From assembly GCA_963713865.1 (NCBI GenBank), contig OY970208.1:928001-992000 (forward strand): 64,000 nt of DNA, given 5' to 3'. How positions within the stretch are numbered: the stretch's first letter is position 1; every line of letters starts with the position of its first letter. Below, in pieces: positions 47,834 through 58,997 of the stretch. Source of the stretch: an uncultured candidate division Zixibacteria bacterium. GTDB lineage: Bacteria; Zixibacteria; MSB-5A5; RBG-16-43-9. The notes under the pieces are model-generated. The model saw only the letters and a program-made list of their open reading frames with translations. It was not told the DNA's origin and did not search any database. Made by a program: the position numbers and the translations under genes.

Positions 47834-50734
47834 TTACACTCCCCCTGCTACTAATTTCGATATAGCCAGGCATAACACCTCGTTTTTAAATGGCTTGATC
47901 AGGACCTCATCTGCACCAGCTTCTCTGGCTTTATCCTCTTTCTCTTTCAATATATGACCGGTAATCGCTATTACTTTTGTTTCCCCTTTTTTCTCCTTTA
48001 TCTTTTTAATCAGCTCTATCCCATCCATCTCCGGCATAGCAATATCGGACAGAACCAGGTCGAACTTCTCCTTTTCGAAATGTTCTAATCCCTCTTCAGC
48101 CTTCAAGGATGCGGTTACCTGATGTCCTCTGGATTCCAAATACTTCTTTAAGCCAGATGAAATTGCCTTCTCATCATCCACCAACAGGATTTTCAACCTC
48201 CTCTCTATCTCTATGGAAGGTTTAATCTTAATTTCTTTAATAGCTTTAGGAGGTAAGTTCTTTGAGACCGGGATTAAGATGGTGAACTTTACTCCCTTAC
48301 CAGCTTCTGATTCCACCTCTATTTTACCCTGATAGCCATCTATAATTCCATAGGAAAGGAAAAGCCCTAAACCGGTCCCGGGTATTTCGCTTTTGCCTAA
48401 AGCTCCCTTGGTGGTGACAAAAGGCTCAAAGATTTTTCCCTTTAACTTTTCAGGGATACCGCAACCTGTATCCTCAAAGATGATTTGAATATTTTCTCCA
48501 ACCCCTTCTACCTGTATGGTTAACTTGCCTCCTTTGGCTCTCATTGCATCCCGGGCATTGGTGACCATATTCAAGAAAACCTCGGATAGTTGTCCGGCAT
48601 CACAGTAAATCTTAGGGACAGGCTTGAATTTCTCCTCGATCTCTATGTTGAGCTTCTCCAGCTCTCGTCGAGTAATAGCCAGGGCGCTTCTTAAAGGCTC
48701 GGTTATGTCAATTAGCTCTTTCTTTGCTTCCTTATTGCTTGAGAAAGCCAGGAGGTTTCGGGTTATGCTGGAGGCACGATAGGAGTTATCCGAAATGATT
48801 TCGAAGCATTTCTTAATCTGTTTACGATCATCAGTGATTAACCCTAATTCTGCATTTGCCAGCATGCCAGCCAGGATATTGTTGAACTCATGTGCTATGC
48901 CATAAGCTAAGGTTCCTACTGCAACTAACTTCTCTGTCTGAATGAGCTGCTGCTGGAGCTGTTTTCTTTCGGTGATATCCCGAAAGATTCCAAAAGTAGA
49001 AGTCAATTTTCCATCTTTATCAAACCAGGGTGCGGCAGTTAAAAGAAGAAAATGTTTTTCCCCTTTTGCATTCATAATCTCTATTTCATAAGAGTCTTTT
49101 TCTCCGATCTGGCGTCTTTTTGTTTGTTCCTGGATAAATTTAAACTGTTCTGGGGAGGTGAACTCCTTAAAGTTCCTTCCAACTAAACCTCCCTTGGTAA
49201 CACCAAAGATTTTCTCTGCGGCTGGGTTGTTAAAAATAAAGTTCTCTTCAAGATCAGCTGTGGCAATTCCCTCACCCTGATTTTCAATTAGGAGTCGGTA
49301 TTTCTCCTCGCTATCTCGCAGAGCCTCTTCTACTCTTTTTCTCTCAGTAATGTCTTGATTCGCGCCAAAAGTCTTGACTGTACGACCCTGACTATCCTTG
49401 ATGATGAAGAAGCGGACGGTGATGTAGCCGGTCTCACCATCAGCGTAGATAATGCGGTGTTCCAGTTGGCGGCTGTAATGTGGATCTGTTGATTCAAGGG
49501 CTTTCTGAATCTCAATACCGACTACTGCCATATCGTCGGGGTGAACGAAAAGTTGAGCGTAACGGGCAGAAGACATCGTATAGCCACCGACTCGTTCAGC
49601 CGACGTGCGAAAAATAGCATAGAAGTGATCGTTGAAAATGAACAGGTCTTTAGCTACGTCATACTCCCAATACCCCAGTTTAGCGATCTTCATGGCGTTG
49701 GACAGTTGAGCTTCGCTGGTACATAGAGTCTCCTCCGCCTGTTTGCGCTCGGTGATGTCTGTATCAGCTCCCCTGTAACCTAAAAGATTACCCTTTTCAT
49801 CCAAAATCGGTACACCACTTATCTCGAGAATAATTCTATTACCGTTTTTGTGTATACCGGGATTGACAAATCTGGTGAAAGATTCTTTCCTGGCAAAAGC
49901 CTCAAAAGCCGCTTTCTTTAATTCATCCTTCACCTCTGGTGCAAAAAAATCATAGAAATATTTTTTACCCACAACCTCTTCCGGCTTGAAGCCAAGCACT
50001 TTTTCAATCACCGGACTGGAATAAGTGTATAGGCCATTTACATCCACCTCCCAGATCCATTCACCGGCACTTTCCACTACATCCTTGAAACGCTTCTCGC
50101 TTTCCTTTAATAACTCCTCTGCTTTTTTACGCTTGGTTATGTCTTTGCAAATAATCGTGAGATATTTCTTCCCGTCAATCTCTATTAAAGAAGGACTAAG
50201 ATCAGCGTATATCAATCCGTTACCTTTTTTCTTAAAGACGATATCATACCGTATTCCAACGTCTCCCTTTATAAAACATTCAATTTGATCAAAAATAAAG
50301 GGCAAGTCTTCTTTGCGGTGTATATCCTTAATATCAATATTCTTAAACTCTTCTTGAGTATAACCCAACATTTGAAGAAATGCTTTATTGCACATTGAGA
50401 ATTTTCTTTTTCCCAAATCTAAAATGCCAATGCCATCAATAGCGTTATCAAAAATAGACTTGAATTTTTGTTCGGACTCCCGCAGTGTCTTTTCAGTTTT
50501 CTCTCGCTTAACTTCAGATTTGTGGATAAAAACAAAAGCAATCAAACCAATAGAAAATACAACTATTAGATCAATAAATACTTCAAGTAACTTGTGGTGT
50601 GGAGCTGTTCCGAAGAGAAGATAAGGAAAATGTACCAGGTTCTCCAGCGTAATCACAATACCAAAAACGATTATCAGACTTATAAATATCAGTCCCGTTT
50701 TCCCACCGACGAGCTTTACCAGCTCATTTTTCAT
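47834..50734 (-). CDS. Hybrid sensor histidine kinase (2 TM, 4 PAS/PAC, HisKA, HATPase, REC)
   Basis: Four DIT(K/E)RK-terminated PAS domains; AHEFNNIL; GTGLGL; C-terminal receiver. Confidence 0.92.
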   Translation of the reverse strand: MKNELVKLVGGKTGLIFISLIIVFGIVITLENLVHFPYLLFGTAPHHKLLEVFIDLIVVFSIGLIAFVFIHKSEVKREKTEKTLRESEQKFKSIFDNAIDGIGILDLGKRKFSMCNKAFLQMLGYTQEEFKNIDIKDIHRKEDLPFIFDQIECFIKGDVGIRYDIVFKKKGNGLIYADLSPSLIEIDGKKYLTIICKDITKRKKAEELLKESEKRFKDVVESAGEWIWEVDVNGLYTYSSPVIEKVLGFKPEEVVGKKYFYDFFAPEVKDELKKAAFEAFARKESFTRFVNPGIHKNGNRIILEISGVPILDEKGNLLGYRGADTDITERKQAEETLCTSEAQLSNAMKIAKLGYWEYDVAKDLFIFNDHFYAIFRTSAERVGGYTMSSARYAQLFVHPDDMAVVGIEIQKALESTDPHYSRQLEHRIIYADGETGYITVRFFIIKDSQGRTVKTFGANQDITERKRVEEALRDSEEKYRLLIENQGEGIATADLEENFIFNNPAAEKIFGVTKGGLVGRNFKEFTSPEQFKFIQEQTKRRQIGEKDSYEIEIMNAKGEKHFLLLTAAPWFDKDGKLTSTFGIFRDITERKQLQQQLIQTEKLVAVGTLAYGIAHEFNNILAGMLANAELGLITDDRKQIKKCFEIISDNSYRASSITRNLLAFSSNKEAKKELIDITEPLRSALAITRRELEKLNIEIEEKFKPVPKIYCDAGQLSEVFLNMVTNARDAMRAKGGKLTIQVEGVGENIQIIFEDTGCGIPEKLKGKIFEPFVTTKGALGKSEIPGTGLGLFLSYGIIDGYQGKIEVESEAGKGVKFTILIPVSKNLPPKAIKEIKIKPSIEIERRLKILLVDDEKAISSGLKKYLESRGHQVTASLKAEEGLEHFEKEKFDLVLSDIAMPEMDGIELIKKIKEKKGETKVIAITGHILKEKEDKAREAGADEVLIKPFKNEVLCLAISKLVAGGV

Positions 50735-50860
50735 TTAAACATTCTCCCTTATTTGCTCAATTTAAACCTGTCAAAATTCCTCTTTTCCCTCTAATCTCAA
50801 AATTTTATTAGAGCAATCTTTCAGCTTCTCTCTGTCAATCAAAAAGTACAAACAACTAAT

Positions 50861-50940
50861 GGAGTTTAAGGTCTCAATCCGCCTGATGTGGACTGGCGAC
50901 TTTAGCTCTGCCAAATAGTAAACCTAAAGGTTTACACTCC
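50861..50940. repeat. GGAG...CTCC REP-like doublet
   Basis: GTAAACCT-AA-AGGTTTACACTCC; related GGAGTGTAAAGCCTTAGCTTCAC at 11886-11908. Confidence 0.5.
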
Positions 50941-51140
50941 TAAAAAATATAGCTATAACTTAACCAGAATAGAGATCAAGTTATAATTGTCTTCAAACGC
51001 TTATCATTTTCAATGTGTGAATATAAAATTTAAAAGTTAGATTAATACCCCCCCTTTGAATAATGGGATAAGAGACTTCTTTATTCTTATCGGAATTATG
51101 ACAGGATTGGTTTACTGACAAAATCCCAGTATAATAAGAA

Positions 51141-51167
51141 AAGGGCAGGCACGAGACCTGCCCTTAC
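51141..51167. repeat. REP-like hairpin, probably also acting as the kbl terminator
   Basis: AAGGGCAGG-CACGAGA-CCTGCCCTT-AC; related AGGGCAGACACGGGGGTCTGTCCCTAC at 55280-55306. Confidence 0.6.
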
Positions 51168-51193
51168 ATTTTCCTTTTTACGTCTTCCTTTTT

Positions 51194-52441
51194 TTAAAGC
51201 CCGTATTTCTCGATTATCGCTTTTTTATCCCTTCCCAGGATATCATATTTTTTTCCAATTCTGGTAAAGGCATCAATCGCCTTATCCAGGTGTTGTGTCT
51301 CGTGGTCGGCTGAAATCTGAACCCTGATCCGGGCTTCCCCCTTTGGAACCACCGGGAAGAAAAATCCGATAACGTAAATCCCCTCGTAATACAGGTCTTT
51401 AGCAAAATCAGAAGCCAGCTTAGCATTGTATAACATTATCGGAACAATCGGATGAATGCCCTGTTTGATATCAAAACCGGCTTCAGTCATCTTTTTTCTG
51501 AAATACAGGGTATTCTTTTCTAACTTATCCCTTCTTTCAGTAGTTTTTGAGATAATGTCCAGTACCTTGCTGGCCGCAGAAACAATTACCGGCGGAACAG
51601 TGTTGGAGAAAAGATAGGGTCTGGCTCTCTGCCGCAGTAAATCCACCAGCTCTTTTCTGCCACTGACACAGCCACCGGAAGCCCCTCCTAAAGCCTTACC
51701 CATAGTAGTGGTGATAAGATCGATCCTGCCCATTACTCCGCAATGCTCGTGCGTTCCCCTGCCAGTCTTTCCCATAAAGCCGGTGGAATGGGAATCGTCC
51801 ACTAAAACCATAGCATCATATTTCTCTGCTAAATCGCAGATAACATCCAGCTTGGCAATATCTCCGTCCATTGAAAAAACACCATCGGTGATAATCATTC
51901 TGTGACGGTTTTCCTGAGACTCCTGCAGCTTTTCCTCCAAATGATCCATGTTGGAATGCTTATAAACATATTGCTGGGCTTTGCAGAGCCTCATCCCATC
52001 CACGATCGAGGCATGCACTAATTTATCCGCAATCATCGCATCTTCCCGATCTAAGAGCACATCGAAAACGCCGGCATTAGCATCCATACAGGAGGGGAAT
52101 AAAATGGTATCCTCCGTCCCTAAGAATTCAGTTAATTTTCTTTCCAGCTGCCGGTGAATGTCCTGAGTCCCGCAGATAAACCTGACTGAGGACATACCAT
52201 AACCTCTGGCATCTAATCCCTGATGAGCTGCTTTTACCACTTCCGGATGGCTGGAAAGTCCCAGATAATTATTGGCGCAGAAATTAATAACCTGTTTTTC
52301 CTGAGCCCCTTCAGGAAACTCCACCTTGATATCCGCTCCTTGTGGAGTATGAATATACCTCTCTTCTTTATTCAGCCCTGCCTCTTTGATGTTCTTCAAT
52401 TCATTTTGATAAAACTCTTTTGCCTTACTTCCATAAGCCAT
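51194..52441 (-). CDS. kbl: Glycine C-acetyltransferase (2-amino-3-ketobutyrate CoA ligase; alpha-oxoamine synthase)
   Basis: [50 protein letters not shown]. Confidence 0.9.
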   Translation of the reverse strand: MAYGSKAKEFYQNELKNIKEAGLNKEERYIHTPQGADIKVEFPEGAQEKQVINFCANNYLGLSSHPEVVKAAHQGLDARGYGMSSVRFICGTQDIHRQLERKLTEFLGTEDTILFPSCMDANAGVFDVLLDREDAMIADKLVHASIVDGMRLCKAQQYVYKHSNMDHLEEKLQESQENRHRMIITDGVFSMDGDIAKLDVICDLAEKYDAMVLVDDSHSTGFMGKTGRGTHEHCGVMGRIDLITTTMGKALGGASGGCVSGRKELVDLLRQRARPYLFSNTVPPVIVSAASKVLDIISKTTERRDKLEKNTLYFRKKMTEAGFDIKQGIHPIVPIMLYNAKLASDFAKDLYYEGIYVIGFFFPVVPKGEARIRVQISADHETQHLDKAIDAFTRIGKKYDILGRDKKAIIEKYGL

Positions 52442-52528
52442 AAGACCTCCTGCATAATCATTTAAAAATTTTGATTCTATTCACTAAAAGGTCATTTAAT
52501 CTATTAATTCATCTTTTGGCTGAAGGGG

Positions 52529-52780
52529 TCATATTTTTACAAATTCCTTGAGCAAAGTGATAATATTATTTACCGAATCAAATGCCTCTGGAGTTGCTTT
52601 AGCATCCGGGATTTGAATTTTAAATTTTTTCTCTAAGAAAGTTTTTAAAGAGACCATCGAAAAAGAATCTACAATACCGGAAGAGATCAGAGGAGTATCC
52701 TCCTTAATCTCCATATCGCTATCCTCTTCCAGGAATTCCTTCTTAACGTAATCGATGATCATCTTTTTCGCATCATCCAT
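52529..52780 (-). CDS. Acyl carrier protein
   Basis: 83 aa acidic; LISSGIVDSFSMV. Confidence 0.88.
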   Translation of the reverse strand: MDDAKKMIIDYVKKEFLEEDSDMEIKEDTPLISSGIVDSFSMVSLKTFLEKKFKIQIPDAKATPEAFDSVNNIITLLKEFVKI

Positions 52781-52841
52781 TTTTTGCTCCTTTCAAATTT
52801 TATTTTAAGAATAGAATTGCTTAATAATCTCTTTTGTTATC

Positions 52842-53036
52842 ATAGTGCGAACCTTTCAGGTTCGCTAAGCGAGGCTGAAAGGAACTGTTGAAAAGTCCAC
52901 CCTGTCATTCTGAGGGAGAGTAACGACCGAAGAATCTCTTTGATTAATATGGAGATTCTTCGTCTCGCCTTCGGCGGACTCAGAATGACACTCTATTAGT
53001 TCCGTTTTTCAACATGTCATAAAAGCCTCGCACTAT
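52842..53036. mobile_element. Nested non-autonomous elements: REP doublet interrupted by a MITE-like element that contains a long palindrome
   Basis: Outer ATAGTGCGAACC...GGTTCGC and GCGAGGCT|...|AGCCTCGCACTAT; TIR-like GAACTGTTGAAAA (52882) / TTTTCAACATGTC (53018); inner TGTCATTCTGAG...CTCAGAATGACA (52903-52990). Confidence 0.65.
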
Positions 53037-53045
53037 ATTTTTCTA

Positions 53046-54746
53046 TCAATCGTTTTCGAGAGTAGAGACATCTCCTATCGGCTCACCCCTCTCCTGTGCC
53101 CGGAGAAGCCGCCTCATTATTTTCCCGCTTCTGGTCTTGGGTAAGGACTGGACAAATTCTATCTCCTGCGGCATAGCTAAGGGGGATAACCTTTTGCGGA
53201 TGAAATTCATTATATCCAGCTCCATATCGTCACTTTTTTCAAATCCTGGCTTTAGCGCTACAAAGACTTTAACCACCTCCATATTTATCGGATCAGGTTT
53301 TCCAATGGCAGCTGATTCAGCCACGGCTTTATGCTCCAAAAGTGCGGATTCCACCTCAAAGGGACTGACCAGATGTCCAGCCGTATTGATGACGTCATCA
53401 ACCCTTCCGATAAACCAGTAATACCCGTCCTTATCGATACTTGCCCGATCCCCGGTTAAATACCATCCATTTCTGAATTTATTATTATAGATCTCCGGAT
53501 TGTTCCAGTAAGTCCGGAACATAGAGGGCCACCCTGGTTCTAAGGCGATCAGACCAACCGAGCCAATTTTATTTATAGGGTTAAAATTGGAATCCAGAAC
53601 AGTGGCAGTAATTCCAGGGAACGGTTTTCCCATAGAGCCGGGCCTGACCTCCATCCCCGGATAATTTGAAATCACGATGCTTCCGGTTTCTGTCTGCCAG
53701 TAGGTATCATAAAAGGGGAGACCATAAACCTTTTTGGACCACAAAACCGCCTCAGCATTTAAGGGTTCTCCTACACTGCAAAGGTATCTCAGAGAAGAGA
53801 GGTCATATTTTTTCACTATCTCTTTGCCTTCTCTCATCAAAAGCCTTATGGCAGTAGGTGCAGAATACCAGACCGTTATTTTATGTCTCTCAATCAAACT
53901 ATACCATTTCTCCGGCTGAAAGCCGCTATCTAAAACCACCTGAGTTATACCCAGGCTCCAGGGTCCTATAATCCCGTAGGAGGTGCCGGTAACCCAGCCC
54001 GGATCAGCCGTGCACCAGTAGATATCGTCCAGTTTTAAATCCAGGCACCATTTCGTAGTTAAGGACTGAGCAAAAATAGAAGAATGCACGTGCAAAGCCC
54101 CTTTTGGTTTTCCTGTGGTGCCGGAAGTATAATGGAGAACCGATGGCGTTTCAGGATTGCTCGGGAAAATGTCAAAACTTTCAATCCTTTTAACTTTCCT
54201 GACTGCAAAAACTATCTCTTTTTCCTCAAGTTTGAGATTCTCCTCCTCAGTTGCAATGATTATCTTTTTCAGTTGAGGTAGTTTATCTTTTATTCTCCTG
54301 ATCTTTTTCATCAGTTTCGTGGTGGTGATTACAGCAGAAGCTTTACCATCCTCCATTCGGGTTAGAAGAGAATCCTCTCCAAAAGCGGAGAATAATGGTG
54401 CCACAATTCCCCCCATTTTCAAAACCCCCAAGAATGAAAAATAAAGGTCCGGCACCCGGTCCATAAAGATGAAAACTCTCTCTCCCTCTTTAATTCCTGA
54501 ATTTTTCAAGAGATGCGCGTAGTTGTTAGAATAGACCTTAAGGTCATCGTAGGTAAATTTTTCAATTTCTCCAGAGTACCCCTCCCAGATCATAGCTAAT
54601 TTTTTCCCCAGCCCCATTTCGCAGATTCTATCTGAACAATAATAACCGATATTCAGGGGAGAACCCTCTCTATAACCTAACTCCTTTCTGGCAAGAGTCC
54701 AGTTAAATCCTTTGTATTTTTCTTCATAAGAACCTATGTTGCTCAT
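53046..54746 (-). CDS. acsA: Acetate-CoA ligase (AcsA-type)
   Basis: YTSGTTGKPKG, WCTADPGWVTG, SVGEPL, DTYWQTETG, LPKTRSGKIMRRLL; AAGGAG RBS before ATG 54746. Confidence 0.85.
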   Translation of the reverse strand: MSNIGSYEEKYKGFNWTLARKELGYREGSPLNIGYYCSDRICEMGLGKKLAMIWEGYSGEIEKFTYDDLKVYSNNYAHLLKNSGIKEGERVFIFMDRVPDLYFSFLGVLKMGGIVAPLFSAFGEDSLLTRMEDGKASAVITTTKLMKKIRRIKDKLPQLKKIIIATEEENLKLEEKEIVFAVRKVKRIESFDIFPSNPETPSVLHYTSGTTGKPKGALHVHSSIFAQSLTTKWCLDLKLDDIYWCTADPGWVTGTSYGIIGPWSLGITQVVLDSGFQPEKWYSLIERHKITVWYSAPTAIRLLMREGKEIVKKYDLSSLRYLCSVGEPLNAEAVLWSKKVYGLPFYDTYWQTETGSIVISNYPGMEVRPGSMGKPFPGITATVLDSNFNPINKIGSVGLIALEPGWPSMFRTYWNNPEIYNNKFRNGWYLTGDRASIDKDGYYWFIGRVDDVINTAGHLVSPFEVESALLEHKAVAESAAIGKPDPINMEVVKVFVALKPGFEKSDDMELDIMNFIRKRLSPLAMPQEIEFVQSLPKTRSGKIMRRLLRAQERGEPIGDVSTLEND

Positions 54747-54971
54747 CTGCAATAACTCCTTCTTTCGTAAAATCAACAATTCCAAATTAAACGAAATAAT
54801 AATATCTGATAATGGTTTTTGCAAGTGGAAAATTGGTAAGAATCTTACCTTATAAACGTATTATATTAAGTTCTCCTATTAGATATGAAGGTATAATATT
54901 ACCAGTGCGGATGAATACTTATTAGTTGAATTCTTGAGATATTTTCAACTATTAACTCTGAACCAACCACC

Positions 54972-55009
54972 GAAAAATATCCCCCCGCCGTAGGCGGGGA
55001 ATATTTTTC
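54972..55009 (-). terminator. Terminator after the tRNA
   Basis: GAAAAATAT-CCCCCCGCC-GTA-GGCGGGG-AATATTTTTC inverted repeat. Confidence 0.7.
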
Positions 55010-55081
55010 TGAGGGTGGAAGGGATTGAACCTTCGGCCACCTGCTTAAAAGGCAGATGCTCTACCACTGAGCTACACCCCC
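55010..55081 (-). tRNA. tRNA-Lys(UUU), CCA not encoded
   Basis: GGGGGTG TA GCTC AGTGGTA GAGC A TCTGC CTTTTAA GCAGG TGGCC GAAGG TTCAATC CCTTC CACCCTC A cloverleaf. Confidence 0.95.
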
Positions 55082-55357
55082 AAAATCTCTTTTCGTAAAA
55101 CTACTATACGCAAAAATCATCAAAAGTTAAAAACCTATATCTAAAAAAACAAAAATATAGATTTAAACCCATTTGTCAAGGGAAATGAATAGTGAGGACA
55201 TTCAATCCTACGGATCCGTTTACAGCATTTGATAAAGATAAACAGGCAGGAATTTTTGTTCTACCTTTAAAAAGCCCTAAGGGCAGACACGGGGGTCTGT
55301 CCCTACAAATACTTGCTTGCATCTTCCTGAAAAGTTATATTATTACTTAAAGAAGGA

Positions 55358-56155
55358 GTGAATTTGAAAAAGGATAAAGATTTTAAAAAAATTGCAATAC
55401 AGTCTGCTTTGAAGGGTGGGGAGATTTTGCAGGGATATCGTGGGAAGGTTAAAAAGATTGGTTATAAAGGAGTGGTGAATTTAGTTACAGAAGCAGACCG
55501 TTTATCTGAAGATGCAATTATAAAAATTATCCAAAAGAATTTTCCCGAGCATAATATCTTGACCGAAGAAAGCAAAGGATACGAAAAGGAATCGGATTAT
55601 AAATGGATAATCGACCCTCTGGATGGGACGACCAATTATGCTCACGGGTTTCCCGTATATTGCATATCTATTGCTTTGGAAAAAGGAGGAGAAATCATCT
55701 TAGGTGTGGTCTATAATCCGGTTTTGAAGGAGCTTTTTGTGGCGGAGAAAAACAAAGGTGCTTTTTTGAATGATAAAAGAATATGCGTATCAAAAACCAG
55801 AGAGTTATCTAAGAGTCTTTTGGCAACCGGTTTTCCTTATGATATTAGAGAAAGCCAGATTAACAATTTAGACCATTTTAAAAATTTTGCCCTTACTTCT
55901 CAGGCTATAAGAAGGGCTGGATCTGCGGCATTGGATCTATGCTATTTAGCTAAAGGTATTTTCGATGGGTTCTGGGAGCTTAAGCTTTCACCCTGGGATA
56001 CTGCTGCCGGGATTTTGATGGTGAAAGAAGCAGGTGGAAAAGTTACTAACTTTTCAGGTAATAAGTTCAGTATCTATGCAAAAGATATTTTAGCTACGAA
56101 TGGTAAAATACATAAGCAGATGATTGAGGTTTTGAAGAAGGGTAGAAAAGTTTAA
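55358..56155 (+). CDS. suhB: Inositol monophosphatase family protein
   Basis: [37 protein letters not shown]. Confidence 0.9.
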   Translation: MNLKKDKDFKKIAIQSALKGGEILQGYRGKVKKIGYKGVVNLVTEADRLSEDAIIKIIQKNFPEHNILTEESKGYEKESDYKWIIDPLDGTTNYAHGFPVYCISIALEKGGEIILGVVYNPVLKELFVAEKNKGAFLNDKRICVSKTRELSKSLLATGFPYDIRESQINNLDHFKNFALTSQAIRRAGSAALDLCYLAKGIFDGFWELKLSPWDTAAGILMVKEAGGKVTNFSGNKFSIYAKDILATNGKIHKQMIEVLKKGRKV

Positions 56156-56157
56156 GA

Positions 56158-57957
56158 ATGAATCAGAAATATATCAGAAACTTTTCCATAATTGCCCATA
56201 TCGATCATGGAAAATCGACTTTGGCAGATAGGCTTTTAGAGTTTACCAAAACTCTACCTCCCAGAGAGATGAGGGAACAGGTCCTGGATAATATGGACCT
56301 GGAAAGGGAAAGGGGGATTACGATAAAGGCTCATGCTATCCGGATGAACTATAAGAGTAAAGATGGGCAGGAATATATATTGAACCTTATCGATACTCCA
56401 GGACACGTGGATTTCACCTATGAGGTTTCCAGTTCATTAGCCGCTTGTGAAGGTGCGCTTTTAGTCGTGGATGCCTCTCAGGGGGTTGAGGCACAGACGA
56501 TTTCCAATCTCCTTTTAGCCTTTGATAATAATCTTTCCATTATCCCCATAATCAATAAAATAGACCTGCCGAGTGCACAAATAGAATTAGTAAAAGGTCA
56601 GTTAAAAGAGCTTTTAGGAGTTGAGCAGAAAGAGATACTATTAGCCTCTGCAAAACTTGGTATAGGGATTGAAGAGATATTGGGAGCCATTATAAAAAGG
56701 ATTCCTCCTCCTTCTGGAAAGGATGAAAATCCACTAAAAGGGTTGATCTTCGATTCGGTCTTTGACCAATACCGTGGTGCTATCCCTTACATAAGGGTTA
56801 AAGATGGCTGCCTGAAGAAAGGTGATCGTATAAAATTCTTTTTCAATCAGAAGATTTACGAAGTCGACGAGGTAGGGTATCTCAGGTTGAAATTAGTCCC
56901 GGCTGAAAAGCTTTCAACTGGCGAGGTGGGATATGTGATAGCCAATGTCAAGAATGTTACTGACACCAAAGTAGGGGATACCATAACCTTAGCTGATAAT
57001 CCGGCAAATGAACCTCTACCAGGTTTTCGAGATATCAAATCGATGGTTTTTTCCGGGTTTTATCCGGCTGATTCTGAGAACTATGAGGAGTTAAGAGATG
57101 CGATGGAAAAGCTAAAGATGAACGATGCCTCTTTGATCTTTGAGCCAGAGAGTTCCAATGCTTTAGGATTTGGTTTCAGGTGTGGTTTTTTAGGACTTCT
57201 TCATTTAGAGATAGTGCAGGAAAGGTTAAGAAGGGAATACGGTCAGCCGATAATAGCCACTGTTCCAAATGTGGAATATAAAGTTACCCTGACGGATGGG
57301 AAAACCATCTATATCGATAATCCTGCTTTTTTACCATCAACCGGTAAAGTTGAGAAGATCGAAGAGCCATATGTTCTGGTTCAGATAATCTCTCCTTCTG
57401 AATATATAGGTAACATCATGAAATTAGTTATGGAGAGAAGGGGTATTTATAAGAACACGGTATATGTAGATAAGACCAGGGTTTCTCTCCATTTTGACCT
57501 GCCATTATCTGAGATAATCTTCGATTTCTATGATAAATTGAAGTCTATCACCCGGGGATATGCCTCTTTAGATTATGAATTAGCTGATTTTAAAGAATCA
57601 GATTTAGTGAAATTGAGTATCCTGATCAATGGGGAGCCAGTGGATGCTTTATCCTCTATCGTACACAAAGAAAAAGCCTATTTCTGGGGAAGAAGCCTGT
57701 GTCAGAAACTAAGAGAGCTTATACCCAGGCAGCTTTTTGAGGTAGCTATTCAGGCATCTATTGGCTCAAAGGTGATTGCCCGGGAGTCGGTCAAACCTTT
57801 GAGGAAAAATGTGACGGCTAAATGCTATGGTGGTGATATAACCCGGAAAAGGAAACTTCTGGAAAGGCAAAGAGAGGGGAAGAAAAGGATGAAACAGGTA
57901 GGCTCGGTCGAAATCCCGCAAGAAGCTTTCTTAGCTATTCTGCAGGTTGAAAGATAG
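56158..57957 (+). CDS. lepA: Elongation factor 4
   Basis: [53 protein letters not shown]. Confidence 0.98.
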   Translation: MNQKYIRNFSIIAHIDHGKSTLADRLLEFTKTLPPREMREQVLDNMDLERERGITIKAHAIRMNYKSKDGQEYILNLIDTPGHVDFTYEVSSSLAACEGALLVVDASQGVEAQTISNLLLAFDNNLSIIPIINKIDLPSAQIELVKGQLKELLGVEQKEILLASAKLGIGIEEILGAIIKRIPPPSGKDENPLKGLIFDSVFDQYRGAIPYIRVKDGCLKKGDRIKFFFNQKIYEVDEVGYLRLKLVPAEKLSTGEVGYVIANVKNVTDTKVGDTITLADNPANEPLPGFRDIKSMVFSGFYPADSENYEELRDAMEKLKMNDASLIFEPESSNALGFGFRCGFLGLLHLEIVQERLRREYGQPIIATVPNVEYKVTLTDGKTIYIDNPAFLPSTGKVEKIEEPYVLVQIISPSEYIGNIMKLVMERRGIYKNTVYVDKTRVSLHFDLPLSEIIFDFYDKLKSITRGYASLDYELADFKESDLVKLSILINGEPVDALSSIVHKEKAYFWGRSLCQKLRELIPRQLFEVAIQASIGSKVIARESVKPLRKNVTAKCYGGDITRKRKLLERQREGKKRMKQVGSVEIPQEAFLAILQVER

Positions 57958-57961
57958 CTCT

Positions 57962-58215
57962 CACCCTCCCTTTATCCCACCTCTACGAGCCGTAATGCTT
58001 TTATCGGCCTTCGAGGGAGGGAATAAGAATTGTAGTTACCCAATTTTATTGGGCTGAGACGGTAGCGTTGACTCTCCTGAGGCAACCTGGTGCCGTCCCT
58101 ATCCTGGGAACGGAGACTACGAGCCTGCCCGCCCTTTGGGCGTCTGGCGTAGCCATCGCAGGACTGGAGTGAGGACGCTACAGCCCATTTTTTGCTCAAT
58201 AAATCGAGCAACTAC
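57962..58215. repeat. Dense REP/palindrome cluster between lepA and lepB
   Basis: CCCTCCC...GGGAGGG arms, two GTAGC...CTAC doublets (58061-58120, 58149-58181) and a GCTCAATAAATCGAGCAACTAC copy. Confidence 0.6.
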
Positions 58216-58339
58216 AAATTTACATTCTCAATATTTATTGTATATATAAACTCTTTTCTATACAAGCTTAAATTTTTTCCTCATTTACCGATAACTTTAT
58301 AAGTAAAGCTTAATTTTACCTTTTCAAGGATATAAGATA

Positions 58340-58997
58340 ATGAAGAGAAAAGAGAAACCTTCTATAAAAGGTTATATAGAAGTAATAGCATTGGCGATTT
58401 TGATCGCTTTTATCTTAAGGACGTTTGTGGTTCAGGCATATAAGATTCCCTCTTCTTCTATGGAGGATTTGCTTTTAGGTGGAGATTTCATCCTGGTAAA
58501 TAAAATTTATTATCACTATAAAGAGCCCCAGCCGGGAGAAATCATTGTTTTTAAGTATCCTCTAAACCCCAGCAAGGATATGGTGAAAAGAGTGGTGGCT
58601 ACAGAAGGTCAAACAGTGGAAATAATAAATAAGATAGTATATATAGATGGAAAAATAGTACCAGATCCTATCCTGGCTAAACATATAGATCCTCGGGTAC
58701 TTCCACAAGATTATTCTACCAGGGATAATTTTGGACCAGCTCAAGTTCCAGCGGGCCATCTTTTCGTCTTGGGTGATAACCGGGATGATAGTCAGGATTC
58801 CAGGGATTGGGGTTTTCTGGATATGAATTATATTAAGGGGAAGGCAATTATCGTTTACTGGTCCTGGGCGATAGATCCGCATGCTCCAAAGTTTGAAAGC
58901 CCTTATATTATCCCGCTTTTTGAGATAATCTTCTATAATTTAGGACATCTCACCGAAAGATCTGCGTTTGGGTCGCATTGGAACTGTAGTTGAATAA
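58340..58997 (+). CDS. lepB: Signal peptidase I (probable 1-bp frameshift near the 3' end, ~58961)
   Basis: IPSSSM, GDFILVNK, MVKRV, LGDNRDDSQDSR; an alternative frame gives a typical RLGRIGTVVE* ending. Confidence 0.9.

Noticed and set aside
54960-55081. tRNA as an integration site for an island or prophage
   Set aside because: No integrase and no duplicated tRNA 3' end were found in the window.
57960-58215. CRISPR array or structured ncRNA between lepA and lepB; also the 79-aa minus-strand ORF
   Set aside because: No identical direct repeats with regular spacers; stacked REP-like palindromes explain the structure, and the ORF is their translation.
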